From: Bacteroidia bacterium
GTDB lineage: Bacteria; Bacteroidota; Bacteroidia; Bacteroidales; VadinHA17
Length of the DNA stretch: 15,812 nt
Assembly (NCBI GenBank): GCA_026391215.1
Contig: JAPLDX010000006.1
Coordinates: 1 to 15,812 of the forward strand
Direction of reading: 5' to 3'
The translations under genes were made by a program, and so were the position numbers. Every line of letters starts with the position of its first letter. The stretch's first letter is position 1. Under the pieces are notes generated by a model that worked only from the letters and a program-made list of their open reading frames with translations, had not been told where the DNA came from and did no database searches. Below are positions 8,524 to 15,812 of the stretch, piece by piece.

Positions 8524-8792
8524 CTTAATAGTAAAAATTCTCCGCTCTTAATGAATTTGTATCCATGAAGGGTTTCGGCTTCTACAGAATATTTATATGT
8601 ATCAATGTTTTGCGGATGACCATTGATATTTCCGTCCCATCCCTTGTTAATATCATTCGTCGTGAAAACAATCTCTCCCCAGCGGTTGAATATTTTCAGA
8701 TCAAAATTTATGATATTCTTTACCTCGAACATGAATATATCGTTGTTTGAATCACCATTTGGAGTGAACGCCGAAGGAGCTTCCAGGTAGAA
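8520..8792 (-). other. T9SS type B sorting domain (gliding motility-associated C-terminal domain) of the large PKD protein
   Basis: Contains PSAFTPNGD.NND.F, NRWG and GWDG, and ends LLLR. Confidence 0.92.
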
Positions 8793-11700
8793 ATCCCGGA
8801 TCACTTCAATATTAAATGTTTCAAAAATATCAAAACAACCATTTTCCGCTTCTACGATATAGGTTGTCGTTTCGGTAGGTGAAACCCATGGATTGCTGCA
8901 ATGGATGCATGAAATGTTTTCCCCGGGTGACCATGAATACTTCACATTGTTTTCGGTTGTTCCGATTAACAACCGGATCTTTTGGCCGATAAAAATTGAT
9001 GTATCATTCAGAGGAGACCTGTTTAAATCGAAAGGCTGATTCACCATTATCGTTTTTTCCCGGGTTGATGAACACCCGGAAGAATTTATCACCCTTGCCG
9101 TATATGTAGTCGTAACTTGCGGCTTTGCGGTAGTTTCAAAAGCTGCAGGATCATTCAGCCCGGTGGTTGGCGTCCATCTTATCTTATCATCGGCATACTT
9201 TACAACCCTGAGAATGGCGGAATTCTTGCCTGCACATATAACTGAATCACCAGCTATCGTGAAAGAAGGCAGAGCATTGATTGTAAATTTCTTTATCAGC
9301 GTATCGGTACAACCGCCTGTTTCCTTTGCAACAAGCCTGACATAATGATCGCCGGTACTGCTGAATTGTACGTTACTAAGGTCGTACCCGGTTGAAACCT
9401 GCACATCGTCAACAGCCCAATTCCATGATTTTGAATTCAATGAGCGATTCAGAAGATTCACCTTTATTCCATAGCAATAACTATAGACACTGTCACTGCT
9501 TTTAAAATCAGCCCTGACTTTTGAAACTAACAATGTGTCAAGTACCCGGATTGCATCGCAGGTTTCGTTTATCAGCTGTATTGACGGAACAATTTTACCC
9601 CTTGAAGTGTACCTGTGTGTAACAGGATTAGCGGTTGAAGTGTTCCCGTCCCCAAACAGCCATTTCCATTGACTGACATTGTCAGGGGAATCCATTTTGA
9701 AAGAGACAGCTTCATTGTAGCATATATCGCGGGGAGAAAAACTTATCAAAGCATCTGGTCCTGAAATTGAAATATTTCTGGATTTGCTGGCCTCACAACC
9801 GTTTAATGTTCTGACAGTGAGCTGAGCTTTGTAATTTCCGGGTTTTGTAAATGTATAATTGACATTATCTGAGTTTCTGCCAATCAAAACCTGTGAACCA
9901 AAAATCCAGAGAAAATCGACAGCCGGACTATTGATCGAATTATCATGGATAAAGTTTATGGTTTTAGGGTAACAATTAAAAATTGTGTCGCTGGCTGTGA
10001 AATTTGCACTTGCCTTTTCAACGCTGACATAATTTACTTTTGTGACTGTATCACGACAGCCACCTTTTGTCGCTGCCATTGATACACTGAATTGTCCCGG
10101 CGTGGTATAGACATGAGTGCCGGTTGTGACAGAGCTAATACCGTCTCCAAAATCCCACCAGAGGTTTTTCAAACTGGTATCAGCCGGGGTAAATGTAACT
10201 TCCTCTCCAAGGCAGATTGCATTGTTATCAGCCTGAAAATCACTGTTTATTCCAACCAGTCCGGTGGGTATCGCATAACTGCTGGAACATGCCCAGGCAT
10301 CATATACTGTCAAAGCCGGATAATATGTTATTTGTTCGTCGCTTGAAAAGAGGTGTGTTACATTTTTACTGTTTGTACTGTCGGACGTGTTATCACCAAA
10401 ATCCCATATCCACCTGACAATGGTCGTATCCGTTGATGTATTTTCGAAATTAACGCTCAGTTCTGGCAGGCAGCCTGATGTCGTGTCTGATGTGAAGCTT
10501 CCTGTGGGTTTGAAAATATGAACCACCTTTTGGGAAGTATCCACACAGCCATTGTCTGCTGTAACGACTAATTTTATTGTGTCTGTTCCCCTTGCAGTAT
10601 AAATATGATCATATTTGGTCAAAAAAGTCCTCCTGGGCGGAGAGTCGTCCCCAAAATACCACAGGAAGCCTTCATTAAAACAAGTATTAATGAAATCCCG
10701 GGATGATGAAGCATCTAAAATCACGGAATCGCCGGCACAAAATATAGTGTCATTCAAAGTAAAATCAGACATCACCTGGCGGACCTTTATGATCTTTGTT
10801 CTCTCCAGGGTACACCCTGATAATAAATCAAATACTGTTAGATTCACCAGGTAATCGCCGCTTTTTGGAAAGCTATAATCCAGGGAATCAACATCATTGA
10901 CATAACTTGTATCAATGTTCCATATCAATGATGTTGAGGGAGTTATAATAGATTTAAAATGATAATTCAGTGAACTGTCGCAGGTGAAAGATTCAATAAA
11001 ATTGCCGGCTGGTCCCTTTATTTTTAAAATACTTCTTTTGATAGTGTCGGAGATACAGCCATTATAGTCCACCTGAAGATTTATATCCTTAGATCCTGTA
11101 CTGTCGGAATAAATTTTTATAATCGTATCGGGTACGGATATAGAATATAAATCAAAAAGATTGTCAGCGCTGAAACGCCACATGCTTACCAATGAATTAA
11201 TACCGGCATTTCCGATAAGATGGATAGCCCCCCCGTTGCACACCTCGTCAGGAGTTACAGTAAAATCAGGCATCAGTTTATCTCCTGCTATAATTTTAAC
11301 GACCCTTGATGTATCATAACAGCTCCCGCTTTTTATTACTTCAGAAGCATAGTATTCTCCTGGTTTTGTAATAGTGTAATTCACAGGTGTTTTATTCAGG
11401 GAAGTGATCAGTTCGCTGCCTATGCTGTAAGTATATGAATCTATGTTGAAGGCCGATCTGCTGCTGTCGGATAAGATTATCTGCAATGGAACGCAACCTG
11501 ATACCTTATCAGGCATGAACCGGGCAACTGGTTTTGCAATATTGATCATCCTGGTCACTGAGTCGAAGCAAATCCCGGCATTTGATGCAACCAGTTTTAC
11601 CGGAAGTTTAATATTATACAATTCATGGCTGTAAAGCTGCTCATTGCTCTCTTGTGGAAGATCTTTATCTGTTATTGTATATGAAGCGGTCCTTTCATTT

Positions 11701-12926
11701 GATATTAGCGTGTCGGAAAAGTACCATGCAACTCTATCTGCGTTTTGCGATGAGTTTACAAAGTTTAGTTGCTGAGGCACTGAGCAAAATAAAGTATCAG
11801 CGAGAGAGAAAGCTGCTTTAATATAGCTTTTGATAAACGAAAGAGTAATGCTGTCAGTGCAGTATGAATTCTTGCCATAAACCAGCTTGATAACAATTTT
11901 CCCTGAACCTGTGACCTGATATTTCATTGAATTTCTCCCATGAAAGGTTGTGGTCTTATCGTTATCGGTAATGCTCCAGGTATAATCGGGCAGGTTCGGG
12001 TCAGAGTAGACAAATCTGAACATTCCGTCACAAATAAAAGATTTATCGAAGACTCTGTTTTTGCCATCATAAACAGTCAGAGTCCCTTTTTTATACCCGA
12101 CAGTGATATATGAATTCTTTATTAATGAATCCGAACATCCGGACTGATCAGTTGCTGTCAGCTTTACACTATAGTTCCCAATTGAATCGTATATTGATGA
12201 ATTACTTATTTCCGTTGAAGTATTCCCGTTGCCAAAGTCCCATTTATAGGTCATTGCGGATGATCCTTCTGACAGATTGGCAAATGATATATTCAGGGGC
12301 GGAACACAGGCAAAAGTATCCGATGCTGCAAAATCCGGTCTGGGCTTATCTGCAACAGTAATTATCTTATGAGATTCAAGCATGCTATAGCAGCCATTTT
12401 TGTCAGTAACTTTCAGAATCACATCATATTGCCCTGTCCTGTTATAGGAATATTGGACGGATGAGCCCTCGGTATGATCGCCATTTCTGAAATCCCACAA
12501 AAAATTTGTTATCTCTGAATCACCGGGACTGGAATTGCTCATAAAATTTATCAGCATAGGAGGGCACCCGGTTACAGGATCGGCGGTAAAACTTGCCACA
12601 GGCCCCCTGGCAATTATTAACACAGCGCTTGTGCTGTCACTGTTGATTCCATCGGAGACCTTGAGGGTGACGGTATATTGTCCGGCTTTTGTATAAAGCT
12701 GTTCTTTCACAGAATTATCGGTTGCTGAAACAACAGCACCCAGACCAAAGTTCCATGTATAGGTAATACCAGGTCCATGGGTTGAGTTATTGGTGAATCT
12801 TACTATCGTCGGGGCACAGCTGCTGATTTTGGAGCAGGTGAATTTTGCTGTAATGCCAAAGGCCGGTATAACAAGAATATGTGAAAGGACTAGAAGGAAG
12901 CAATATTTTGACCTGCATATTTTCAT
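8520..12926 (-). CDS. T9SS cargo with about 14 PKD and 2 Ig-like repeats and a gliding-motility-associated (type B) C-terminal domain
   Basis: The start is placed at ATG 12926 (MKICRSKYCFLLVLSHILVIPAFG signal peptide) rather than 12977. Repeats of A.F.....C.P..V.F.N.S....W.WDFGDG...H.Y..PG.Y.V.L......GC.D. CTD reads PSAFTPNGDSNNDIF...IFNRWGEIVF...GWDG...DTY.Y...G.F.LLR. Confidence 0.93.
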   Translation of the reverse strand: MKICRSKYCFLLVLSHILVIPAFGITAKFTCSKISSCAPTIVRFTNNSTHGPGITYTWNFGLGAVVSATDNSVKEQLYTKAGQYTVTLKVSDGINSDSTSAVLIIARGPVASFTADPVTGCPPMLINFMSNSSPGDSEITNFLWDFRNGDHTEGSSVQYSYNRTGQYDVILKVTDKNGCYSMLESHKIITVADKPRPDFAASDTFACVPPLNISFANLSEGSSAMTYKWDFGNGNTSTEISNSSIYDSIGNYSVKLTATDQSGCSDSLIKNSYITVGYKKGTLTVYDGKNRVFDKSFICDGMFRFVYSDPNLPDYTWSITDNDKTTTFHGRNSMKYQVTGSGKIVIKLVYGKNSYCTDSITLSFIKSYIKAAFSLADTLFCSVPQQLNFVNSSQNADRVAWYFSDTLISNERTASYTITDKDLPQESNEQLYSHELYNIKLPVKLVASNAGICFDSVTRMINIAKPVARFMPDKVSGCVPLQIILSDSSRSAFNIDSYTYSIGSELITSLNKTPVNYTITKPGEYYASEVIKSGSCYDTSRVVKIIAGDKLMPDFTVTPDEVCNGGAIHLIGNAGINSLVSMWRFSADNLFDLYSISVPDTIIKIYSDSTGSKDINLQVDYNGCISDTIKRSILKIKGPAGNFIESFTCDSSLNYHFKSIITPSTSLIWNIDTSYVNDVDSLDYSFPKSGDYLVNLTVFDLLSGCTLERTKIIKVRQVMSDFTLNDTIFCAGDSVILDASSSRDFINTCFNEGFLWYFGDDSPPRRTFLTKYDHIYTARGTDTIKLVVTADNGCVDTSQKVVHIFKPTGSFTSDTTSGCLPELSVNFENTSTDTTIVRWIWDFGDNTSDSTNSKNVTHLFSSDEQITYYPALTVYDAWACSSSYAIPTGLVGINSDFQADNNAICLGEEVTFTPADTSLKNLWWDFGDGISSVTTGTHVYTTPGQFSVSMAATKGGCRDTVTKVNYVSVEKASANFTASDTIFNCYPKTINFIHDNSINSPAVDFLWIFGSQVLIGRNSDNVNYTFTKPGNYKAQLTVRTLNGCEASKSRNISISGPDALISFSPRDICYNEAVSFKMDSPDNVSQWKWLFGDGNTSTANPVTHRYTSRGKIVPSIQLINETCDAIRVLDTLLVSKVRADFKSSDSVYSYCYGIKVNLLNRSLNSKSWNWAVDDVQVSTGYDLSNVQFSSTGDHYVRLVAKETGGCTDTLIKKFTINALPSFTIAGDSVICAGKNSAILRVVKYADDKIRWTPTTGLNDPAAFETTAKPQVTTTYTARVINSSGCSSTREKTIMVNQPFDLNRSPLNDTSIFIGQKIRLLIGTTENNVKYSWSPGENISCIHCSNPWVSPTETTTYIVEAENGCFDIFETFNIEVIRDFYLEAPSAFTPNGDSNNDIFMFEVKNIINFDLKIFNRWGEIVFTTNDINKGWDGNINGHPQNIDTYKYSVEAETLHGYKFIKSGEFLLLR
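8795..12855 (-). repeat. Array of about 16 tandem PKD/Ig-like domains of roughly 80-95 aa (protein-level repeat, diverged at DNA level)
   Basis: Recurring WDFG(D/N)G-like and GC.D motifs in the translation. Boundaries are approximate and counted by eye. Confidence 0.8.
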
Positions 12927-12946
12927 ATAAGGCAGCGGTATGAAAA

Positions 12947-13915
12947 TTAATGATACCAGTATTCCTTGTCTCCGCATTTAACAGTCGGAGAGGAAGACCT
13001 TGCAGGGATCCGGTATTCAAGCATGATCTCATGTGTCTGGTTCAGGGAATACGCTGAAAACAAACTTTGATCGTAAGAATATCCAATCCTTATATAAGAG
13101 GTAAACATCATTCCGAAATTAAAAGTCATCTGACGCGAAGAACGGCAGGTCAATCCAAAATCGAGTATTTCCTGAGGCCCTCTCAGGAGTGTCCCTTCCA
13201 TTAGTCTCGGCTTATGCTTAATCCGTACAGATAAATTTCCTTCCAGTATAGTGTGTTTATTGTTATTAATTATCTGGGCTCCTAAAGTATAGGTAAAAAG
13301 CTGAGGATTATCGTTTTTGTATATAGCATAGGCATAACGATGATTTGTATTCATAATCAGACTGTCTGATCTGCCCATCGAAAATAAATGAGTTGATGAA
13401 ATCCCATAAATGAAGTGAATGTTTTGAAACTCAATGCCGGCATTAACATCCGGGTGTACAGTTTTCATATTATAATAAAACAGAGAAGGATCCTGAGCAT
13501 CTTCTGCCTCGAACAGAGAACCATTGACTGAACGTGAAAATATCCCAGCCGAAAGACCCATGGATAAAGTCCACGCATCCTTTTTTGCGAGACGGAAAGC
13601 ATAGGTCACCATTGGATTGTATGTCCGGGTGATTCCGATTTTATCAATTACCAGCGACAATCCTAATGCTGAACGCATGCTTTGGAAATATTGGGATGCC
13701 TGTATATTTAAAACCTCCGGCGCTCCTTTGATGCCCATCCACTGACGACGAACGTTGGTATAAAGAAAAAGATAATCAGTGCGTGTTATAAAAGCCGGAT
13801 TGTAATAAGCCCTGTTATTCCAGTGTGTAGCCATGCTGAAATCTGACTGGGCCATTAATCCTGTCCCGGACATAAGAGTGATTGCTAAAAGAATATATGC
13901 AGATATATGCCTCAT
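12947..13915 (-). CDS. PorP/SprF family type IX secretion system outer-membrane protein (divergent paralogue)
   Basis: Start at ATG 13915 (GTG 13918 also possible). Signal peptide ending LMA|Q. Motifs YYNPAF, RRQWMGIKGAP, SALGLSL..DKIG, YAFRL, LSMGLSAG, DVNAGI and IGYSYD...THEIMLEYR. Confidence 0.9.
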   Translation of the reverse strand: MRHISAYILLAITLMSGTGLMAQSDFSMATHWNNRAYYNPAFITRTDYLFLYTNVRRQWMGIKGAPEVLNIQASQYFQSMRSALGLSLVIDKIGITRTYNPMVTYAFRLAKKDAWTLSMGLSAGIFSRSVNGSLFEAEDAQDPSLFYYNMKTVHPDVNAGIEFQNIHFIYGISSTHLFSMGRSDSLIMNTNHRYAYAIYKNDNPQLFTYTLGAQIINNNKHTILEGNLSVRIKHKPRLMEGTLLRGPQEILDFGLTCRSSRQMTFNFGMMFTSYIRIGYSYDQSLFSAYSLNQTHEIMLEYRIPARSSSPTVKCGDKEYWYH

Positions 13916-13925
13916 CACAATTAGT

Positions 13926-14162
13926 TCATCTTATAAGGGTTACGTAACCTTTTCTGTTACGGATTATCTCTTTGCTGTCTTTATAATAAATCATATAGAA
14001 ATAAGTATCGGGACTGGCAGATCGTCCATTATTCCTTCCGTCCCAGCCATCGTTGCCTTTATGTATTCTCATCCCATTCCTGTCAACAATTTCCAGTTCA
14101 AAACCCGGCATAAAAATATCATTTGTTCCATCTCCGTCAGGCGTAAATACGTTAGGGATAAA
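13926..14162 (-). other. T9SS type B sorting domain (compact variant)
   Basis: Contains IPNVFTPDGDG.ND.F, GWDG and TYFY, and ends KGYVTLIR. Confidence 0.9.
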
Positions 14163-15812
14163 AGGAATCACATCAACGTATTTGAATGAGCTGTCTGTGC
14201 AGTTTTGTTTGTCTGTTGCGGTAAGTGTAACCAGGTAATACAATGGAGTGTATGAAACATTGTATCCATGCTGGAAAATCTCGCCAGATCCGTATGAGCC
14301 ATCTCCCATAGCCCAGGCGTATGTCACACCTGTTTGAGCAGGGATGTTGCATCTTACTATATTGTTTTTTCTGTCAATTACATCAGGAGAGACTGAGAAT
14401 TCAGTTGAAGGCAGCTGATAAACAGTAACCCTGAAAGTTGCTGACTTTTTACAGCCGCGTGTATTGGTACCTGTGACAATATATGTTCCGCCATCCGACA
14501 CGGAAATTGTATCATTTGTGTTTCCCTTATCCCATAAGTAACTGATAGCCCCGGATGCTGAAAGAGTGACACTTCCGCTTCCGCATATCGACGTATCTCC
14601 CTGCATGAGGAATGTCCAGTCCGGCTCCTCAATTATGGGTTTATAAATTGTATCGGAAACACATCCCGTGCTGGAGCGTCCCAATAACCAGTATTCTCCT
14701 CCTGGAGCGCTTATTTCTATTGAATCAGCTTTTGAACCATTATTCCATGTATAATCAACTGCACCATACGCTTTTATCCATGTGCTCAGACCCGGGCAAT
14801 AGGTGGAATCACCGGTTATGCCAACCAGGGGAGGTGAGAAAGATTCAATATCTTTTGTCAGGGTATCACTGCATGCAGAAGGCAGATTATTCAGGATCAG
14901 GGTAACAGTATGCATACCGGAGGTGCTGAAAGTACACGGAGGGTCTTTATTATCAGATGTATTCCCATCCTCAAAATACCAGTTGTATGATAGAGAGCCA
15001 TGATTAGTTGACGAAAGATCTATCATCTGTACTGTATTGGAATGACAATCAATCATAAAAGAACTGAAATCAGCATGAGGGATATATTTGACTATTGAAG
15101 TATGAAGCGATACAACGCATCCTGTCGCTGATGTCATGGTACAGGAATATGATAATTTCTGATCAGGTACGTTCACCTGGAGGATCTGTAACGAATCCAG
15201 CAAAGTTCCGTTGATATCGGTCCATCTGTACTTTTCAAAACCTTCCGGTGCAATTAAGCTGGCCGCAGTATCAGATGCACAATACTTCACCGAAATATAC
15301 AGGGGATGACATTCTGCCACAAAATAGGCATATCCATAATGGTATTGCTCTGCACAATCGGCCGACATAAACTCAACCGTGACAGTCTGTCCGATGTATT
15401 TCAGGAGATTTACTCCCACCGTCGTCCAGTCTCTCCATTCAACCGGGACTGATGAACCGGACGGAATGTATGTTTTAAACCCCTTTACATATTTATTGGT
15501 TGCATACACATCATAGTTCGAGCAGTCTGGTAAAATATTACCCTGACTGTCATAAAGCGTAAGGCGAAACCTCGGTTCATCTGTTGGAGCATGTGCGGCG
15601 ATATATTGCAATACCAGGGCAAATTTAAGGATCAGCAGAGCATTTGATGAATCTATTTTCATAGTATATCTCAGGCTCTGTTCCCAGCATCTTGGCGCCC
15701 TATCTGCACTTGTGATCTCATCTCCAAGACGTGCGGAATACAGGTAACCTGATGGGATTTTTTTCAGGGCATATCCCGTATTTGCATCATATTCAGTAGT
15801 GTCTGACATAAT
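13926..15812 (-). CDS. T9SS cargo: uncharacterised N-terminal beta-rich head domain, about 5 Ig/PKD repeats and a type B C-terminal domain (5'-truncated by the window edge)
   Basis: The frame is open to the window end (ATT at 15810-15812) and no signal peptide is visible, so the true start is upstream. PKD/Ig repeats include WYFEDGNTS, YTWNNG, YLWDKG and WAMGDG. CTD reads FIPNVFTPDGDGTNDIF...DRNG...GWDG...DTYFY...KGYVTLIR. Confidence 0.9.
   Translation of the reverse strand: MMSDTTEYDANTGYALKKIPSGYLYSARLGDEITSADRAPRCWEQSLRYTMKIDSSNALLILKFALVLQYIAAHAPTDEPRFRLTLYDSQGNILPDCSNYDVYATNKYVKGFKTYIPSGSSVPVEWRDWTTVGVNLLKYIGQTVTVEFMSADCAEQYHYGYAYFVAECHPLYISVKYCASDTAASLIAPEGFEKYRWTDINGTLLDSLQILQVNVPDQKLSYSCTMTSATGCVVSLHTSIVKYIPHADFSSFMIDCHSNTVQMIDLSSTNHGSLSYNWYFEDGNTSDNKDPPCTFSTSGMHTVTLILNNLPSACSDTLTKDIESFSPPLVGITGDSTYCPGLSTWIKAYGAVDYTWNNGSKADSIEISAPGGEYWLLGRSSTGCVSDTIYKPIIEEPDWTFLMQGDTSICGSGSVTLSASGAISYLWDKGNTNDTISVSDGGTYIVTGTNTRGCKKSATFRVTVYQLPSTEFSVSPDVIDRKNNIVRCNIPAQTGVTYAWAMGDGSYGSGEIFQHGYNVSYTPLYYLVTLTATDKQNCTDSSFKYVDVIPFIPNVFTPDGDGTNDIFMPGFELEIVDRNGMRIHKGNDGWDGRNNGRSASPDTYFYMIYYKDSKEIIRNRKGYVTLIR

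Noticed and set aside
12927-12977. Longer start (12977) for the large PKD cargo
   Set aside because: It would overlap the upstream PorP gene by 31 bp. ATG 12926 gives a normal signal peptide and a 20-bp gap.
13891-13910. Short tandem duplication (ATATATGC twice)
   Set aside because: Only two short copies inside a signal-peptide coding region, consistent with chance. It is not a phase-variable tract.
12-15003. Short alternative-frame and antisense ORFs of 60-118 aa in the ORF track (e.g. 430-729, 2132-2434, 10615-10854, 13833-14189)
   Set aside because: All lie within or across well-supported long genes, lack recognisable motifs and look like shadow ORFs.
8520-15812. Assigning sprB, sprF, porP or porE gene names, or a gliding-motility role
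   Set aside because: These are multi-paralogue families. No core porKLMN or gld genes are in the window, and the cargos are PKD-type rather than SprB-repeat proteins.
1-15812. CRISPR array, tRNA/rRNA, IS element, invertible promoter or diversity-generating retroelement
   Set aside because: No intergenic space exceeds about 20 bp. No DNA-level repeats, recombinase, transposase or reverse transcriptase were seen.

Overview
This is a gene-dense Bacteroidota (probably Bacteroidales-like) window with two convergent gene blocks. The + strand carries a 5'-truncated CBM9-like/DUF5916 probable outer-membrane protein, a YjgM-like GNAT acetyltransferase, and an L-fucose/L-arabinose isomerase-like protein with a Tat signal. 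The - strand carries a tightly coupled type IX secretion (T9SS) 'type B cargo' operon. In order: a 5'-truncated cargo with head domain, Ig/PKD repeats and type B CTD; a PorP/SprF-like gene; a cargo of about 16 PKD/Ig repeats with type B CTD; a second PorP/SprF-like gene; a PorE-like TPR/PD40/OmpA protein; and a secreted M43 (pappalysin/ulilysin-like) metzincin homologue. The most notable signal is that this last protein has lost two of three zinc ligands, the catalytic Glu and the Tyr after the Met-turn while staying intact and translationally coupled to the PorE-like gene. This suggests a non-catalytic pseudo-protease component of a PorE/PorP cell-surface anchoring system. I saw no RNA genes, CRISPR arrays or mobile elements. 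All family calls come from motif recognition by eye, not database searches.
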